Part shown: one piece after another, positions 1-9,896 of the stretch
How positions within the stretch are numbered: the stretch's first letter is position 1
How the letters are laid out: the number at the start of each line of letters is the position of its first letter
DNA from: Obrimoposthia wandeli
Lineage: Eukaryota
NCBI GenBank assembly: GCA_977020255.1
Contig: CDROCS010000253.1
Span: forward strand, 3,472,001-3,536,000
Reading direction: 5' to 3'
DNA length: 64,000 bases
The notes under the pieces: model-generated
Databases searched by the model: none
What the model was told of the DNA's origin: nothing
The model's input: only the letters and a program-made list of their open reading frames with translations
Made by a program: the position numbers and the translations under genes

Positions 1-25
1 GGTCGGCGATTATACAGTTAGTGAG

Positions 26-622
26 CTACTGCCAAAAAGTAACATTATCTTGATAACTTTTAACTGGTTTTGTATTGCATACTCTACTTGGGGTGCCTAT
101 ATATAAAAATCCAGCAATATCATTACTCTCTTCGATACCTAAACCTCGCTTAACGGTTTCATTGTAGGCAAAACCTCCCGTACGCCACATAGCGCCATAG
201 CCAAGTGAGAATGCAGCCATTTGCATAGCATGAGCACAACAACCCGCGGTAATTAACTGCTCTTGCAGTGGTACTTTATTATGTTCAACATACTGTGTTG
301 AAATAACAATAATCATCGGTGCTCTAAATGGCTTTTTTGCTACTTTAGCCATTTTCTCATTTAAGGCAGTTTCATCTAAGCTAGTTTTTTCAACTAACGC
401 TATTTGGCTAGCCATATTGATAGTCGTTGCTTCAACGTAAATATCACTTAAAAGCTGTAAACCTTTTCCGGTAATAACATGAAAATGAAAAGGCTGTAAT
501 CCGCCATGGTCCGGTACTCGCATGCCGGCTGATAATAAAGTGGTTAGGTCTGCTTCATTCGGCGCAGGCTCTGTTAAAGCTGACATTGATTGTCGTTGTA
601 ATAATAATTCAATAGCGTCCAT
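26..622 (-). CDS. ydjA: NAD(P)H nitroreductase, YdjA family
   Basis: 198 aa; RQS...PAP, AGMRVPDHGGLQPFHF and GYGAMWRTG motifs typical of YdjA-like nitroreductases. Confidence 0.85.
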   Translation of the reverse strand: MDAIELLLQRQSMSALTEPAPNEADLTTLLSAGMRVPDHGGLQPFHFHVITGKGLQLLSDIYVEATTINMASQIALVEKTSLDETALNEKMAKVAKKPFRAPMIIVISTQYVEHNKVPLQEQLITAGCCAHAMQMAAFSLGYGAMWRTGGFAYNETVKRGLGIEESNDIAGFLYIGTPSRVCNTKPVKSYQDNVTFWQ

Positions 623-815
623 AAAATACTTCTAACAAGTGGTTATTGTAGAAGTTTATCGTTAAGTTTGTACTTGTGCACGTAGTTATAATAAAAATAT
701 ATAAATAAATAGGGTGAATTGTTTTTTATCCTTGACTTAAATTTACCCAACCGCCAATATTAAACGTAACTAATTTGTAAATTAAAACTCAAGATAAAAT
801 AAGACTACTTAAATA

Positions 816-941
816 ATGCAAAGCACCCTACTCACCATGATAAATATTCGAAACCTTAAAGCGGTAGCTACTAGCTGTCTGTTTGTGGTCAATCGACTGT
901 GGCTAGTTAAGCGCCAGTTAAATTGGCGCCCCCTCTGCTAA
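816..941 (+). CDS. Small ORF (41 aa, MQSTLLTMINIRNLKAVATSCLFVVNRLWLVKRQLNWRPLC), possible leader peptide
   Basis: Translated by hand, ATG 816 to TAA 939-941; followed by an intrinsic terminator and then the EamA gene; below the ORF-track cutoff. Confidence 0.45.
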   Translation: MQSTLLTMINIRNLKAVATSCLFVVNRLWLVKRQLNWRPLC

Positions 942-986
942 GCATTGAAAATCATAACTAATTAAGTCATTAATTAGTTCACTTTT

Positions 987-1019
987 AAAGCCGCAGAAAT
1001 CATCTCTTGCGGCTTTTTT
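987..1019 (+). terminator. Intrinsic terminator between the small ORF and the EamA gene
   Basis: AAAGCCGCA...TGCGGCTTT stem followed by a T-run. Confidence 0.75.
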
Positions 1020-1125
1020 GTTTCTTTACTATACCTCAAAAAAATCCACAACAGTCTGCCTGAGCTTCAAAAGTACAACCTAAATTATCACGACAAAAAT
1101 ATAAATTTTAAACGTAAAAAAGGAG

Positions 1126-2028
1126 ATGGAAATGTCAGTGTCAATTGCCTATTTGGCGGTACTATTAATATGGTCTACCACCCCACTGGGTATAGTATGG
1201 AGTAGTGAGTCAATTAATCCGAGTTTAGCGGTATTGCTAAGAATGCTCATCGCCTTAATATTGGGTACATTATTGATTAAAATACGTAAAATAAATATTC
1301 CTTGGCATAAACAGGCATTAAAACTATACACTTTTTCGGCGTTAGGTATTTTTGGTGGCATGCTCTGCTCTTACTTATCGGCGAGTTATTTATCGTCTGG
1401 CATTATTTCTTTGGTTTTTGGCTTATCACCAGTCATTTCTGCATTACTTGCGAAGAGAATATTAGCAGAGCCCAATATCAGCGGTATGCGTAAATTTTCT
1501 ATGGCTATTTCATTGGTTGGTTTAGCTGTGGTTTGTTCGGATAATTTCAACCTAGCGGATGATGGTATTTACGGCATAATTTTTATTTTAATGGCGGTAT
1601 TTTTCTTTAGTTTAAGTGGTGTATTGGTTAAAAGTGTCTCATTGGCTATTCACCCATTAGCAACAACGGTTGGCGCATTATCAGTTGCAACGCCATTGTT
1701 TTTATTGAGCTGGTTAATACTAGATGGCAGTTTACCGGTTGATACATGGCAAGCAAGGTCACTTTGGGCAACACTCTATTTAGGGGTATTCGGTTCATTG
1801 ATTGGTTTTTATGCCTACTTTACCGTATTACAAAAATTATCAGCAAGTAACGTCACTTTGATAACTTTAATTACACCCGTGATTGCCTTAACCTTAGGCG
1901 CAGTATTAAATGGTGAGGTGATCAATGACAAATTGATAGTCGGTGCATTTCTGGTGTTATTGGGATTAAGCATTTATCATTTTGGCCATTTACTTCCTCG
2001 CTTTAAAAAGAGAAGGTTGAAGAATTAA
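1126..2028 (+). CDS. EamA/DMT family transporter
   Basis: 300 aa, about 10 hydrophobic segments; IWSTTPLGI start and second-repeat YLGVFGSLIGF...LITPVIAL motifs. Confidence 0.9.
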   Translation: MEMSVSIAYLAVLLIWSTTPLGIVWSSESINPSLAVLLRMLIALILGTLLIKIRKINIPWHKQALKLYTFSALGIFGGMLCSYLSASYLSSGIISLVFGLSPVISALLAKRILAEPNISGMRKFSMAISLVGLAVVCSDNFNLADDGIYGIIFILMAVFFFSLSGVLVKSVSLAIHPLATTVGALSVATPLFLLSWLILDGSLPVDTWQARSLWATLYLGVFGSLIGFYAYFTVLQKLSASNVTLITLITPVIALTLGAVLNGEVINDKLIVGAFLVLLGLSIYHFGHLLPRFKKRRLKN

Positions 2029-2035
2029 AGACATT

Positions 2036-2069
2036 AAAAAAGCTGAACAGGCATACTGTTCAGCTTTTT
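2036..2069. terminator. Bidirectional terminator between convergent EamA and DoxX genes
   Basis: AAAAAAGCTGAACAG...CTGTTCAGCTTTTT. Confidence 0.8.
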
Positions 2070-2101
2070 ATTTTCAGCGCATCAGGCAATCAGAAATGTA
2101 A

Positions 2102-2830
2102 CTAACTAAATATCTTCTTTTCGATTAAAAAACGCCTCGCAACATAATGGTCAACACTGGTATAGCGCCCTGCGCCAATAAAAAATAACGAAAGCAGCAT
2201 AATGAAATAGGTAGTTGAAAATTCTATGCCATTATTTAATACGACAATATTCCCTTTTTCATAAAGCCAATCGGTATTACCGTTTTCTTCGATCAATTCT
2301 CGCATTTTCTCAAGGCGTGTAGCCGTTTCTGCGCTGTTATCTAAACTAGCTTGTGCACTATCAACACCAAGCCAAATAGCAACGTTAGCGGGGCTAATAT
2401 CGCTATTAGTTGGAGTAATAGCAAACCAGCCATTATCTGCATGCACTGAGGTGGCAGCAACTATCATAGTAAACATAAGGGGAATGCTAATTAAGCGTGT
2501 TAAGGCACCGAACAATAATAACCAACCACCAAAAAATTCAACAAAAATAACTAAATTAGCCAGTAAAGCCGGAAATGGTAAGCCTAAGCCCCAATCACTA
2601 TTACCAAACCAAGCAATAATATTAGGATCAGCCATGATGGCACTAAAGCCGGTGACTTCTTCATTAAGCAATTGGGTTTTACTAAAACCAGCCATAATAA
2701 ATACAGGGGCAAGGTACAGCCTTAATAATAAGGCGGGAATACCGTCAAATTTTTTAAGTTGTGCTAAAAAGCATTGGTAGTAATGTTGTAGTTTTTGCAT
2801 AGTGGGTATCTTATAAAATAAATAATACAA
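2102..2830 (-). CDS. DoxX family membrane protein
   Basis: LLLRLYLAPVF, GLGLPFP, EFFGG..LL.G..TRL and VLNNGIEF motifs. Confidence 0.85.
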   Translation of the reverse strand: MYYLFYKIPTMQKLQHYYQCFLAQLKKFDGIPALLLRLYLAPVFIMAGFSKTQLLNEEVTGFSAIMADPNIIAWFGNSDWGLGLPFPALLANLVIFVEFFGGWLLLFGALTRLISIPLMFTMIVAATSVHADNGWFAITPTNSDISPANVAIWLGVDSAQASLDNSAETATRLEKMRELIEENGNTDWLYEKGNIVVLNNGIEFSTTYFIMLLSLFFIGAGRYTSVDHYVARRFLIEKKIFS

Positions 2831-3015
2831 TTAGTAATAAGAACGCTTAAACAGCTAAAGTCTTTCAAAAAACGTTTAAAGTCATAGAAATAGTTGTAAA
2901 AAGGCAATTGCCATAAATAGTTACAATCTAGCTAAGGTCATTTGTTAAGTTTTGGTAAACATTAAGGTAGTATAGCCTTGAGTTTTTTAATTTAATCAAT
3001 TTAAGATAAATATAT

Positions 3016-4929
3016 ATGAATAATAATCCAGGCATTATAAAACGGATCTTTTCTTCACTCTGGCGCGTATTAAGATTTACCCGCTCTGTCGTGCTAAACC
3101 TAGTATTTTTTATACTATTATTTTCATTCATTGGCGTCATCGTATCGAGTGGTGAAGAACAAATACAAGTCCCTGATAAAACAGCCTTAGTACTAAACCT
3201 TGTTGGCGATGTGGTAGAACAAAAGCGCGAAGTTGATCCTATGGAAGCTTTTTTAACTGAAGCAATGGAGCAACAAGATGATCAACCAGAGATTTTGCTA
3301 AGTGATATTGTTGATATCATTGGTAAAGCTAAAAAAGATGATCGGGTAGAAATATTAGTTTTACAGCTACAAGGCTTAAATAAAGCAGGCTTAACTAAGT
3401 TGCAAGATATTGCAGCAGCACTAGAGAACTTTAAAAGCGAAGGCAAACAAATTATTGCGCTAGGTGACCAGTTTTCCCAAGACCAATATTACCTAGCCAG
3501 CACAGCCGATAACATTTGGTTAAACCCACAAGGTTTTATGTTACTTGATGGTTATGGCCGTTATAATATGTACTTTAAATCAGCGTTAGAAAAATTAGCC
3601 ATTAACCAACACATCTTCCGTGTAGGTACTTTTAAATCAGCGGTAGAACCTTTTATTCGTGATGACATGTCTGATGCTGCAAAAGAAGCGAACAAACTTT
3701 GGTTAGCTGATTTGTGGATGCAGTACAAAGAAGATGTTGCTCAGCGTCGTGGTTTTGGTGTAGAAAATTTTGATGAGAATATTGATACCTTAGTGGCCAA
3801 GTTTAGCGCCGCTGATAGTAGCTTTGCTCAATATGCCCTAAAAAACAATTGGGTTGACCAATTGAAGTCACGCCAAGAAATGCGCGCCGAGCTTATTGAT
3901 TTAGTTGGAGAAAATAAAAAAGGTGATAGCTATAACCATATTGGTTACAAAGATTATATGGCGGCTACTAGCTCAGTGTTAGCAGAAAGCGCAGACCTAG
4001 CCGAAAAAAGTAGCGATAAAGTTGCCATCATTATTGCTAAAGGTACCATCTTAGATGGTACACAAAAGCCTGGTACCATTGGCGGTGACAGTACGGCTAA
4101 ATTACTACGTAAAGCACGCAATAATGATGATGTAAAAGCAGTAGTACTTCGTGTAGACAGCCCCGGTGGCAGTGCATACGCTTCAGAAATAATTCGTCAA
4201 GAAGTTGAGCTCTTGAAAAAAGCAGGCAAGCCTGTCGTTGCATCAATGGGCACTTATGCCGCTTCAGGTGGTTACTGGATTTCAGCACCTGCAGACAAAA
4301 TATATGCGGCACCGTCTACGATCACCGGTTCAATTGGTATTTTTGGCATGATGATGACTTTTGAAGATTCGTTAAGCAAAATGGGCATATATACTGACGG
4401 TGTTGGTACTACTGATATTGCTGGATTTGGTCCGACTCAAGCGCTTACACCGGGTATGGCTAGTTTATTCCAATTATCGATTAACAGAGGTTACCAAGAG
4501 TTTATACAACTTGTTGCGACTAACCGTAATATGACTTTGGCAGAAGTTGATGCGATTGCTCAAGGACGTGTTTGGTCAGGTAAAAAAGCGAAAGAGCTTG
4601 GTTTAGTTGATGAATTAGGTAATTTAACTGATGCTGTCGTTGCTGCCGCAACGTTAGCAAAGCTCGATCATTACGACACGTTATTGATTGAAAAAGAGCA
4701 ATCTTCACGCAATAAAATCATGCAGCAGTTACTTGGTCAATCGTCATCGGTGGTAAACTTATTCACAGCGGGTCAAGAACACCTCGCTATCGACTTAGCG
4801 ACTAATTCAGTGAATAACAAGCCCTTATCACAGTTCATTACTATGATGAAAGGTCAACTGAGTATGATGAACCAGTTTAATGATCCCCAAGGTCGTTATA
4901 CGTTATGTGTTGCTTGTGGTGCAAACTAA
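3016..4929 (+). CDS. sppA: Signal peptide peptidase SppA (67K type)
   Basis: 637 aa; N-terminal TM, RVDSPGGS, SMGTYAASGGYWIS, TITGSIGIFG, AQGRVWSG. Confidence 0.97.
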   Translation: MNNNPGIIKRIFSSLWRVLRFTRSVVLNLVFFILLFSFIGVIVSSGEEQIQVPDKTALVLNLVGDVVEQKREVDPMEAFLTEAMEQQDDQPEILLSDIVDIIGKAKKDDRVEILVLQLQGLNKAGLTKLQDIAAALENFKSEGKQIIALGDQFSQDQYYLASTADNIWLNPQGFMLLDGYGRYNMYFKSALEKLAINQHIFRVGTFKSAVEPFIRDDMSDAAKEANKLWLADLWMQYKEDVAQRRGFGVENFDENIDTLVAKFSAADSSFAQYALKNNWVDQLKSRQEMRAELIDLVGENKKGDSYNHIGYKDYMAATSSVLAESADLAEKSSDKVAIIIAKGTILDGTQKPGTIGGDSTAKLLRKARNNDDVKAVVLRVDSPGGSAYASEIIRQEVELLKKAGKPVVASMGTYAASGGYWISAPADKIYAAPSTITGSIGIFGMMMTFEDSLSKMGIYTDGVGTTDIAGFGPTQALTPGMASLFQLSINRGYQEFIQLVATNRNMTLAEVDAIAQGRVWSGKKAKELGLVDELGNLTDAVVAAATLAKLDHYDTLLIEKEQSSRNKIMQQLLGQSSSVVNLFTAGQEHLAIDLATNSVNNKPLSQFITMMKGQLSMMNQFNDPQGRYTLCVACGAN

Positions 4930-4991
4930 AACACAGCATAGGCTCAGCCAAAAATATAACACGACATTTTCCATGACGTAGTATTAATTAG

Positions 4992-5025
4992 AAGAGGTAG
5001 TTAAGCAATTAACTGCCTCTTTTTT
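4992..5025 (+). terminator. Intrinsic terminator after sppA
   Basis: AAGAGGTAGTTAA-GCAA-TTAACTGCCTCTT plus T-run. Confidence 0.75.
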
Positions 5026-5060
5026 ATAGCTGAATATAAATTATTCTGTTTGGATTCCCA

Positions 5061-5094
5061 CTGAAACCCTGCACTTTGAATGGTAACGGGTATA
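5061..5094 (+). repeat. Solo right end of the ERIC-like repeat family
   Basis: CTGAAACCCTGCACTTTGAATGGTAACGGGTATA resembles the right end of the 9584-9896 element. Confidence 0.55.
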
Positions 5095-5202
5095 TAATAT
5101 TGCTCGTGAATAAAACTAAATACTGATCGCATTAGTAAATATCCCTCATATTAATGAATACCGATCACATTAAATTATCGAAATAAATAAGTAGTCAAAG
5201 TT

Positions 5203-6216
5203 ATGATGAAAAAAAGAATTTACGTTGCTTACACTGGCGGTACCATTGGCATGATGCAAAGTACACAAGGCTTTGTTCCCGCTAAAGGCCACCTTACTGA
5301 TTCTATAAATGCCCTGCCTGAATTTCATCGAAGTGAAATGCCTGAATTTACCATCAGTGAATACCAGCCATTAATTGATTCATCAAACATGACACCCAGT
5401 GATTGGCAACGCATCGCTGATGATATAAAAGCAAATTATGATGACTACGATGGTTTTGTAGTTTTACATGGTACCGATACCATGGCTTATACCAGCTCGG
5501 CATTATCTTTTATGTTCGAAAATTTAAGTAAGCCTGTCATTGTAACAGGTTCGCAAATTCCGCTGAGTCAACTGCGTTCTGACGGACAAGTTAATGTACT
5601 AAACGCTTTATACATTGCCGCTAATTACCCCATTAGTGAAGTAAGCTTATTTTTTAATAACAAACTTTATCGCGGCAATCGCTGTATTAAAGCCTATGCT
5701 GATGGTTTCAATGCTTTTGATTCGCCAAATATGCCGGTATTACTCGAGGCGGGTATCAATATTCAGTTAGTTGCAGGTACGCTTGCCCATTCGGTAAACA
5801 ACGTTGAACCTTTACAACTGTCAACCATTACACCACAGCCGGTTGGTGTAGTTCATCTATACCCAGGTATAAGCAGTGAAGTCATTGATAATGTAATAAA
5901 ACAACCAGTAAAAGCACTTATTTTACGCAGCTACGGTGTTGGTAATGCACCACAAGATAAAGCATTACTCGCTTGTTTAAGCAAAGCAAAAGAACAAGGT
6001 ATTGTAGTGGTTAATTGTAGCCAGTGTATTAAAGGTACAGTTAATATGTCGGGTTATGCAACAGGCAATGCCTTAAGTGAGACGGGGGTTATCAGTGGCC
6101 ATGATATGACCTTAGAGGCAACCTTAACGAAGTTACATTACTTGTTAAGTAAAAACTTAAGCTATGATGAAATGTGCCAGCAAATGGATAAAAGCTTACG
6201 TGGCGAGCTGACCTAG
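5203..6216 (+). CDS. ansA: L-asparaginase type I
   Basis: YTGGTIGM and HGTDTMAY catalytic motifs, TGSQIPL. Confidence 0.97.
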   Translation: MMKKRIYVAYTGGTIGMMQSTQGFVPAKGHLTDSINALPEFHRSEMPEFTISEYQPLIDSSNMTPSDWQRIADDIKANYDDYDGFVVLHGTDTMAYTSSALSFMFENLSKPVIVTGSQIPLSQLRSDGQVNVLNALYIAANYPISEVSLFFNNKLYRGNRCIKAYADGFNAFDSPNMPVLLEAGINIQLVAGTLAHSVNNVEPLQLSTITPQPVGVVHLYPGISSEVIDNVIKQPVKALILRSYGVGNAPQDKALLACLSKAKEQGIVVVNCSQCIKGTVNMSGYATGNALSETGVISGHDMTLEATLTKLHYLLSKNLSYDEMCQQMDKSLRGELT

Positions 6217-6373
6217 ATCTTCAATGTAATAAGTGGATTAGACAAAAAGTATCAAGAAAACAGAAGCATGAAAAACACCAATTACCAGCACATATAGATT
6301 GCGGTAACTTGTTGTTTTCATGCTTTCAGTATTTTTAAGGGTTAACCCTTAATGGCTAATAATAGAAAAGCCC

Positions 6374-6652
6374 TTAGTTAGTGCTTTGCTCATCATGCAA
6401 TTCAATATTTAGCTCTAATACATTTAAGTCGCCATCTTTTTTATCAAGATTTATCGAGAAACTTTCATCAGATACTTTAATGTACTTACGCAATACCTGA
6501 AGGATATCTTCCGTGAGCTGCGGTAAATAATCTGGCTGTTTATTTCGACTATTACGCTCATGTGCAACAATGATTTGCAAACGTTCTTTGGCTTTAGAAG
6601 CCGTTGTTACCTGCTTTTCTTTTTTACGTAAAAAATAATCCAATAGTGCCAT
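6374..6652 (-). CDS. minE: Cell division topological specificity factor MinE
   Basis: MALLDYF...TASKAKERLQIIVAHER...LELNIEL; start moved from 6697 to ATG 6652. Confidence 0.95.
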   Translation of the reverse strand: MALLDYFLRKKEKQVTTASKAKERLQIIVAHERNSRNKQPDYLPQLTEDILQVLRKYIKVSDESFSINLDKKDGDLNVLELNIELHDEQSTN

Positions 6653-6653
6653 G

Positions 6654-7463
6654 TTATCCTCCAAACATACGACTGAAAATGCCTTTTTTCTCGGCAACTA
6701 AAAACCTAAATTCAACTGTTTCACCCAATAGGCGATCAACAACATCCTGATAGGCTTTCCCTGCATCGCTTTCAGTATCTAAAATTACTGGCTCACCGGC
6801 ATTCGATGCTTTAAGTACCGCTTGTGATTCTGGAATAACACCTAATAGGGGTATAGAAAGAATATCTTCAACATCCTCAACACTGAGCATTTCACCTTCT
6901 GCAACTCGCTTAGGTGAATAACGGGTTAATAATAAATGCTCTTTTATAGGGTCTAAGCCAAGTTCAGCTCTACGCGAACGACTTGCTAACATGCCTAAAA
7001 TGCGATCTGAATCACGAACTGATGATACTTCAGGATTGGTGGTTACTATCGCTTCATCTGCATAATAAAGTGCCATCATAGCGCCCGCTTCAATACCAGC
7101 AGGTGAATCACAGACAATAAAGTCATAGCTTTTACCAAGCTCTTCGAGCACCTTACCAACATTTTCTTTATTTAATGCATCTTTATCACGTGTTTGCGAG
7201 GCAGGTAAGATAGATAGACTACTAACGCGCTTATCTTTAATCAATGCCTGATTTAACGTCGCTTCACCATTAATGACATTCACAAAATCGTAAACAACGC
7301 GACGTTCACAACCCATGATCAAGTCAAGGTTTCTAAGGCCTATATCAAAATCTATTAAGACAACTTTGTGACCCTTTAACGCTAAACCAAGACCAATTGC
7401 AGCACTAGATGTCGTTTTACCAACACCACCCTTGCCTGATGTAACCACTATTATTCGTGCCAT
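6654..7463 (-). CDS. minD: Septum site-determining ATPase MinD
   Basis: MARIIVVTSGKGGVGKTT, DFDIGLRNLD, DSPAGIE. Confidence 0.98.
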   Translation of the reverse strand: MARIIVVTSGKGGVGKTTSSAAIGLGLALKGHKVVLIDFDIGLRNLDLIMGCERRVVYDFVNVINGEATLNQALIKDKRVSSLSILPASQTRDKDALNKENVGKVLEELGKSYDFIVCDSPAGIEAGAMMALYYADEAIVTTNPEVSSVRDSDRILGMLASRSRRAELGLDPIKEHLLLTRYSPKRVAEGEMLSVEDVEDILSIPLLGVIPESQAVLKASNAGEPVILDTESDAGKAYQDVVDRLLGETVEFRFLVAEKKGIFSRMFGG

Positions 7464-7491
7464 AGACCTAATATCCTTTATAAGTTAATAA

Positions 7492-8211
7492 TTAAATAAG
7501 TTTTGATGACGTTAGTTCGCTGTCAGTCAAATGAATATATACAGGTGAGCCCCAGTGTTGCTCCATTGACTCACTCAGCCAATAATTACCATTAATAGAG
7601 ACCAGTTCAGCCTCAAGATTTTGGCAATATATTTGTGCTTTATGATGGCCTTTTGCGCCGGCAATTGCTCTGCCACGTAATGAGCCATAGACATGAATGT
7701 TACCATCGGCAATAACTTCAGCGCCTGCTGAAACAGAGCCAATTACCACTAGGTTTTGATCTTTAGCATAAACTTGCTGACCGGAGCGAATTTGCCCTCG
7801 GTGGACTTTGTCAGTGTATAAATTACATTCAGGTATAGCTGCCGTTGCTTTAATCTCTGTTGCTAAGGCCTCTTCTGCAATCGCAGCTTTGTGTGAAGTA
7901 TCAACTCTTGTTGTATTAACAAAAGAAAAACCAAGTTCTCGAATAAGCTTACGCTGCTCTTTATCCACTGAACCAGTGAAACCGACAAAGGTAAAATTGA
8001 ATTCTTCAATTAATGTTTTTACCGCTTGGTAATCAACTGAACAATCTAGTTTTTCAATATTAACCACGATAGGAACTAAGTAAAAAAAATCGGGGGCTTG
8101 AGCAATTTTTTTTACTAAATCAGCGCGAATATCGGCTAATCTTGATGTTTTCAAATGTAAAACAGACAGGGTAAAGCTTGTACCTTTAAATTCAATGCTG
8201 GCATCAGCCAT
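7492..8211 (-). CDS. minC: Septum site-determining protein MinC
   Basis: EFKGTSFTLSVL, RSGQQVYA, GAEVIADGNIHVYGSLRGRAIAG. Confidence 0.97.
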   Translation of the reverse strand: MADASIEFKGTSFTLSVLHLKTSRLADIRADLVKKIAQAPDFFYLVPIVVNIEKLDCSVDYQAVKTLIEEFNFTFVGFTGSVDKEQRKLIRELGFSFVNTTRVDTSHKAAIAEEALATEIKATAAIPECNLYTDKVHRGQIRSGQQVYAKDQNLVVIGSVSAGAEVIADGNIHVYGSLRGRAIAGAKGHHKAQIYCQNLEAELVSINGNYWLSESMEQHWGSPVYIHLTDSELTSSKLI

Positions 8212-8374
8212 AATGAAGATTTTCCTAAATAAGACAACTCAATGTACCTAGATATAATTTACCTAAATAAAATGAACCTAGACATAAAATTGCCAGTATT
8301 ACTGCTATCTGAATTAACGGATAACGGCAATACTGAAAAACAATCGGACTAATTTATTGATCACTTAGCGACAA

Positions 8375-8668
8375 CTAATCAGTTTGGTATAAGGCGCTTT
8401 TTAATGTGGAAATCAAAGCATCTTGCCCGTGTTGATAACGCTTAATTTTATTATTCGCTATTAATAGTGAATAACTTAAATTAATTGACGCAACTAATAA
8501 AGCACGCTCGCTGTTAACAGCACCCTTTTGTTTCTTAATGTCATCACACATAACAGCGAGGCTATTAGCTGCTTGATTTAAATCCTCTGCTTGTTCAGCT
8601 GAGCAAGTAAACTGATGTTGCTTGCCCATAATTTCAATGCTGATACCTTTAGAGTCATCAACAATCAT
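8375..8668 (-). CDS. zapA: Cell division protein ZapA family
   Basis: ISIEIMGKQHQFTC...ERALLVASINLSY pattern plus C-terminal coiled coil. Confidence 0.8.
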   Translation of the reverse strand: MIVDDSKGISIEIMGKQHQFTCSAEQAEDLNQAANSLAVMCDDIKKQKGAVNSERALLVASINLSYSLLIANNKIKRYQHGQDALISTLKSALYQTD

Positions 8669-8898
8669 TAATTAACCTCTTCTACACTTTGTAATTTACC
8701 TAGTAGGCCGGTTAATACATTACTTGCTTGTTTTTGTTTTTCTTCACGCTCAAGTGCTTCAAGTTGCAAGGTTTCATTTTCATCAATAAGTACTGATTTT
8801 TGCTGCTCAAGTTCAACCACTTGGTTTTTTAGCTGGTTATTTTTTGCAATGATGTCTTCAATCAGTTGTTCGAGTTGAGGGAGAGTATTTTCTAACAT
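8668..8898 (-). CDS. zapB: ZapB-like coiled-coil protein
   Basis: 76 aa pure coiled coil (QLEQLIE...LLGKL) overlapping the zapA start. Confidence 0.65.
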   Translation of the reverse strand: MLENTLPQLEQLIEDIIAKNNQLKNQVVELEQQKSVLIDENETLQLEALEREEKQKQASNVLTGLLGKLQSVEEVN

Positions 8899-9163
8899 AA
8901 GGCGCTCTTGTTAACTGTAGTAAATTAAAGGCGCAAATTTAATCTAAAGTGAGACAAAATGCTACTCTTTAGCACGATTATTAGCTTAATTTATGTAACA
9001 ATTTTCAATGTCAGTAAAGATTAAGCGTTTACGTTCAAAAAATGTACGTTTATGATAATAATCATACAATTAAAATTAACCGCTTTAACAACGTAATTTT
9101 AGGATGAATATGCAAAAGCAGCTTAGATTTAAAATAGCACCTTCCCTAATTCCCTCTATTTTT

Positions 9164-9415
9164 CTATTTTTTCTTAGGTACAGCAAATTTTGCATAAATG
9201 GTTGTCGCAACGCCCGCAATAAGAGAAAGCATAGCAAAACCAAACATGGCATTATTTTCAGATTCAAATGCCAAAAGATAGAGACCTAACGCAACAAAGA
9301 ACAAACCACCTAAAACAAAAAATTTTGGATGTGACGTTATCAGTCCAGATGATTGAACACTTTTTACTGCTTTAGAATGAGCAGCAGCTTTTCGTTTGTG
9401 TTTATTTGTTGGCAT
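9164..9415 (-). CDS. Small membrane protein, unknown function
   Basis: 83 aa, basic N-terminus, two TM helices, upstream AGGAG. Confidence 0.7.
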   Translation of the reverse strand: MPTNKHKRKAAAHSKAVKSVQSSGLITSHPKFFVLGGLFFVALGLYLLAFESENNAMFGFAMLSLIAGVATTIYAKFAVPKKK

Positions 9416-9583
9416 AAGTAACTCCTTAGGTATTATAGCCTCGCTGAAATCCTGCTCTAAGGTAAAGTGCGCGAGGAATGACTATCGATTTTAATACTTA
9501 TTAATATCCCACAATATCAAATAATTAGAAACAATGAAAATCAACTATTTTAAAAATAGTGGGATATTGCTGATTGAGCTGTA

Positions 9584-9896
9584 TATACCCAAGCCACTTG
9601 AAGCTGCGTATTTCAGGACCACTGAGCGATTTATGATCAAGGCGCCTCATTTTATTAAGGGTTATTCCCTTAAAAAACGAGGCAACGAAGCGCATAAACT
9701 GCTCAGAGGTCCCCATAGGGCTGGTTTAGAAACGCTTTAGCTACGTTATTGATTCGACAATAACGCTACACGGATGGTGTTATTAGAGAATGCAGGAGAT
9801 GTATTCTCCTGAATAACTATTCTCTTCAATCAATGCCTTGCCTAAAGGCGTTTCTAATTCCAGCTGAAACCTGCATCTTCAAGTGGCTTGGGTATA
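9584..9896. mobile_element. ERIC-like MITE, 313 bp, TA-ended
   Basis: Perfect 20-bp terminal inverted repeat TATACCCAAGCCACTTGAAG (9584-9603) / CTTCAAGTGGCTTGGGTATA (9877-9896); no coding capacity. Confidence 0.8.

Noticed and set aside
8900-9160. 6S RNA next to zapA
   Set aside because: No recognisable 6S central bubble or long stem in the flanking intergenic DNA
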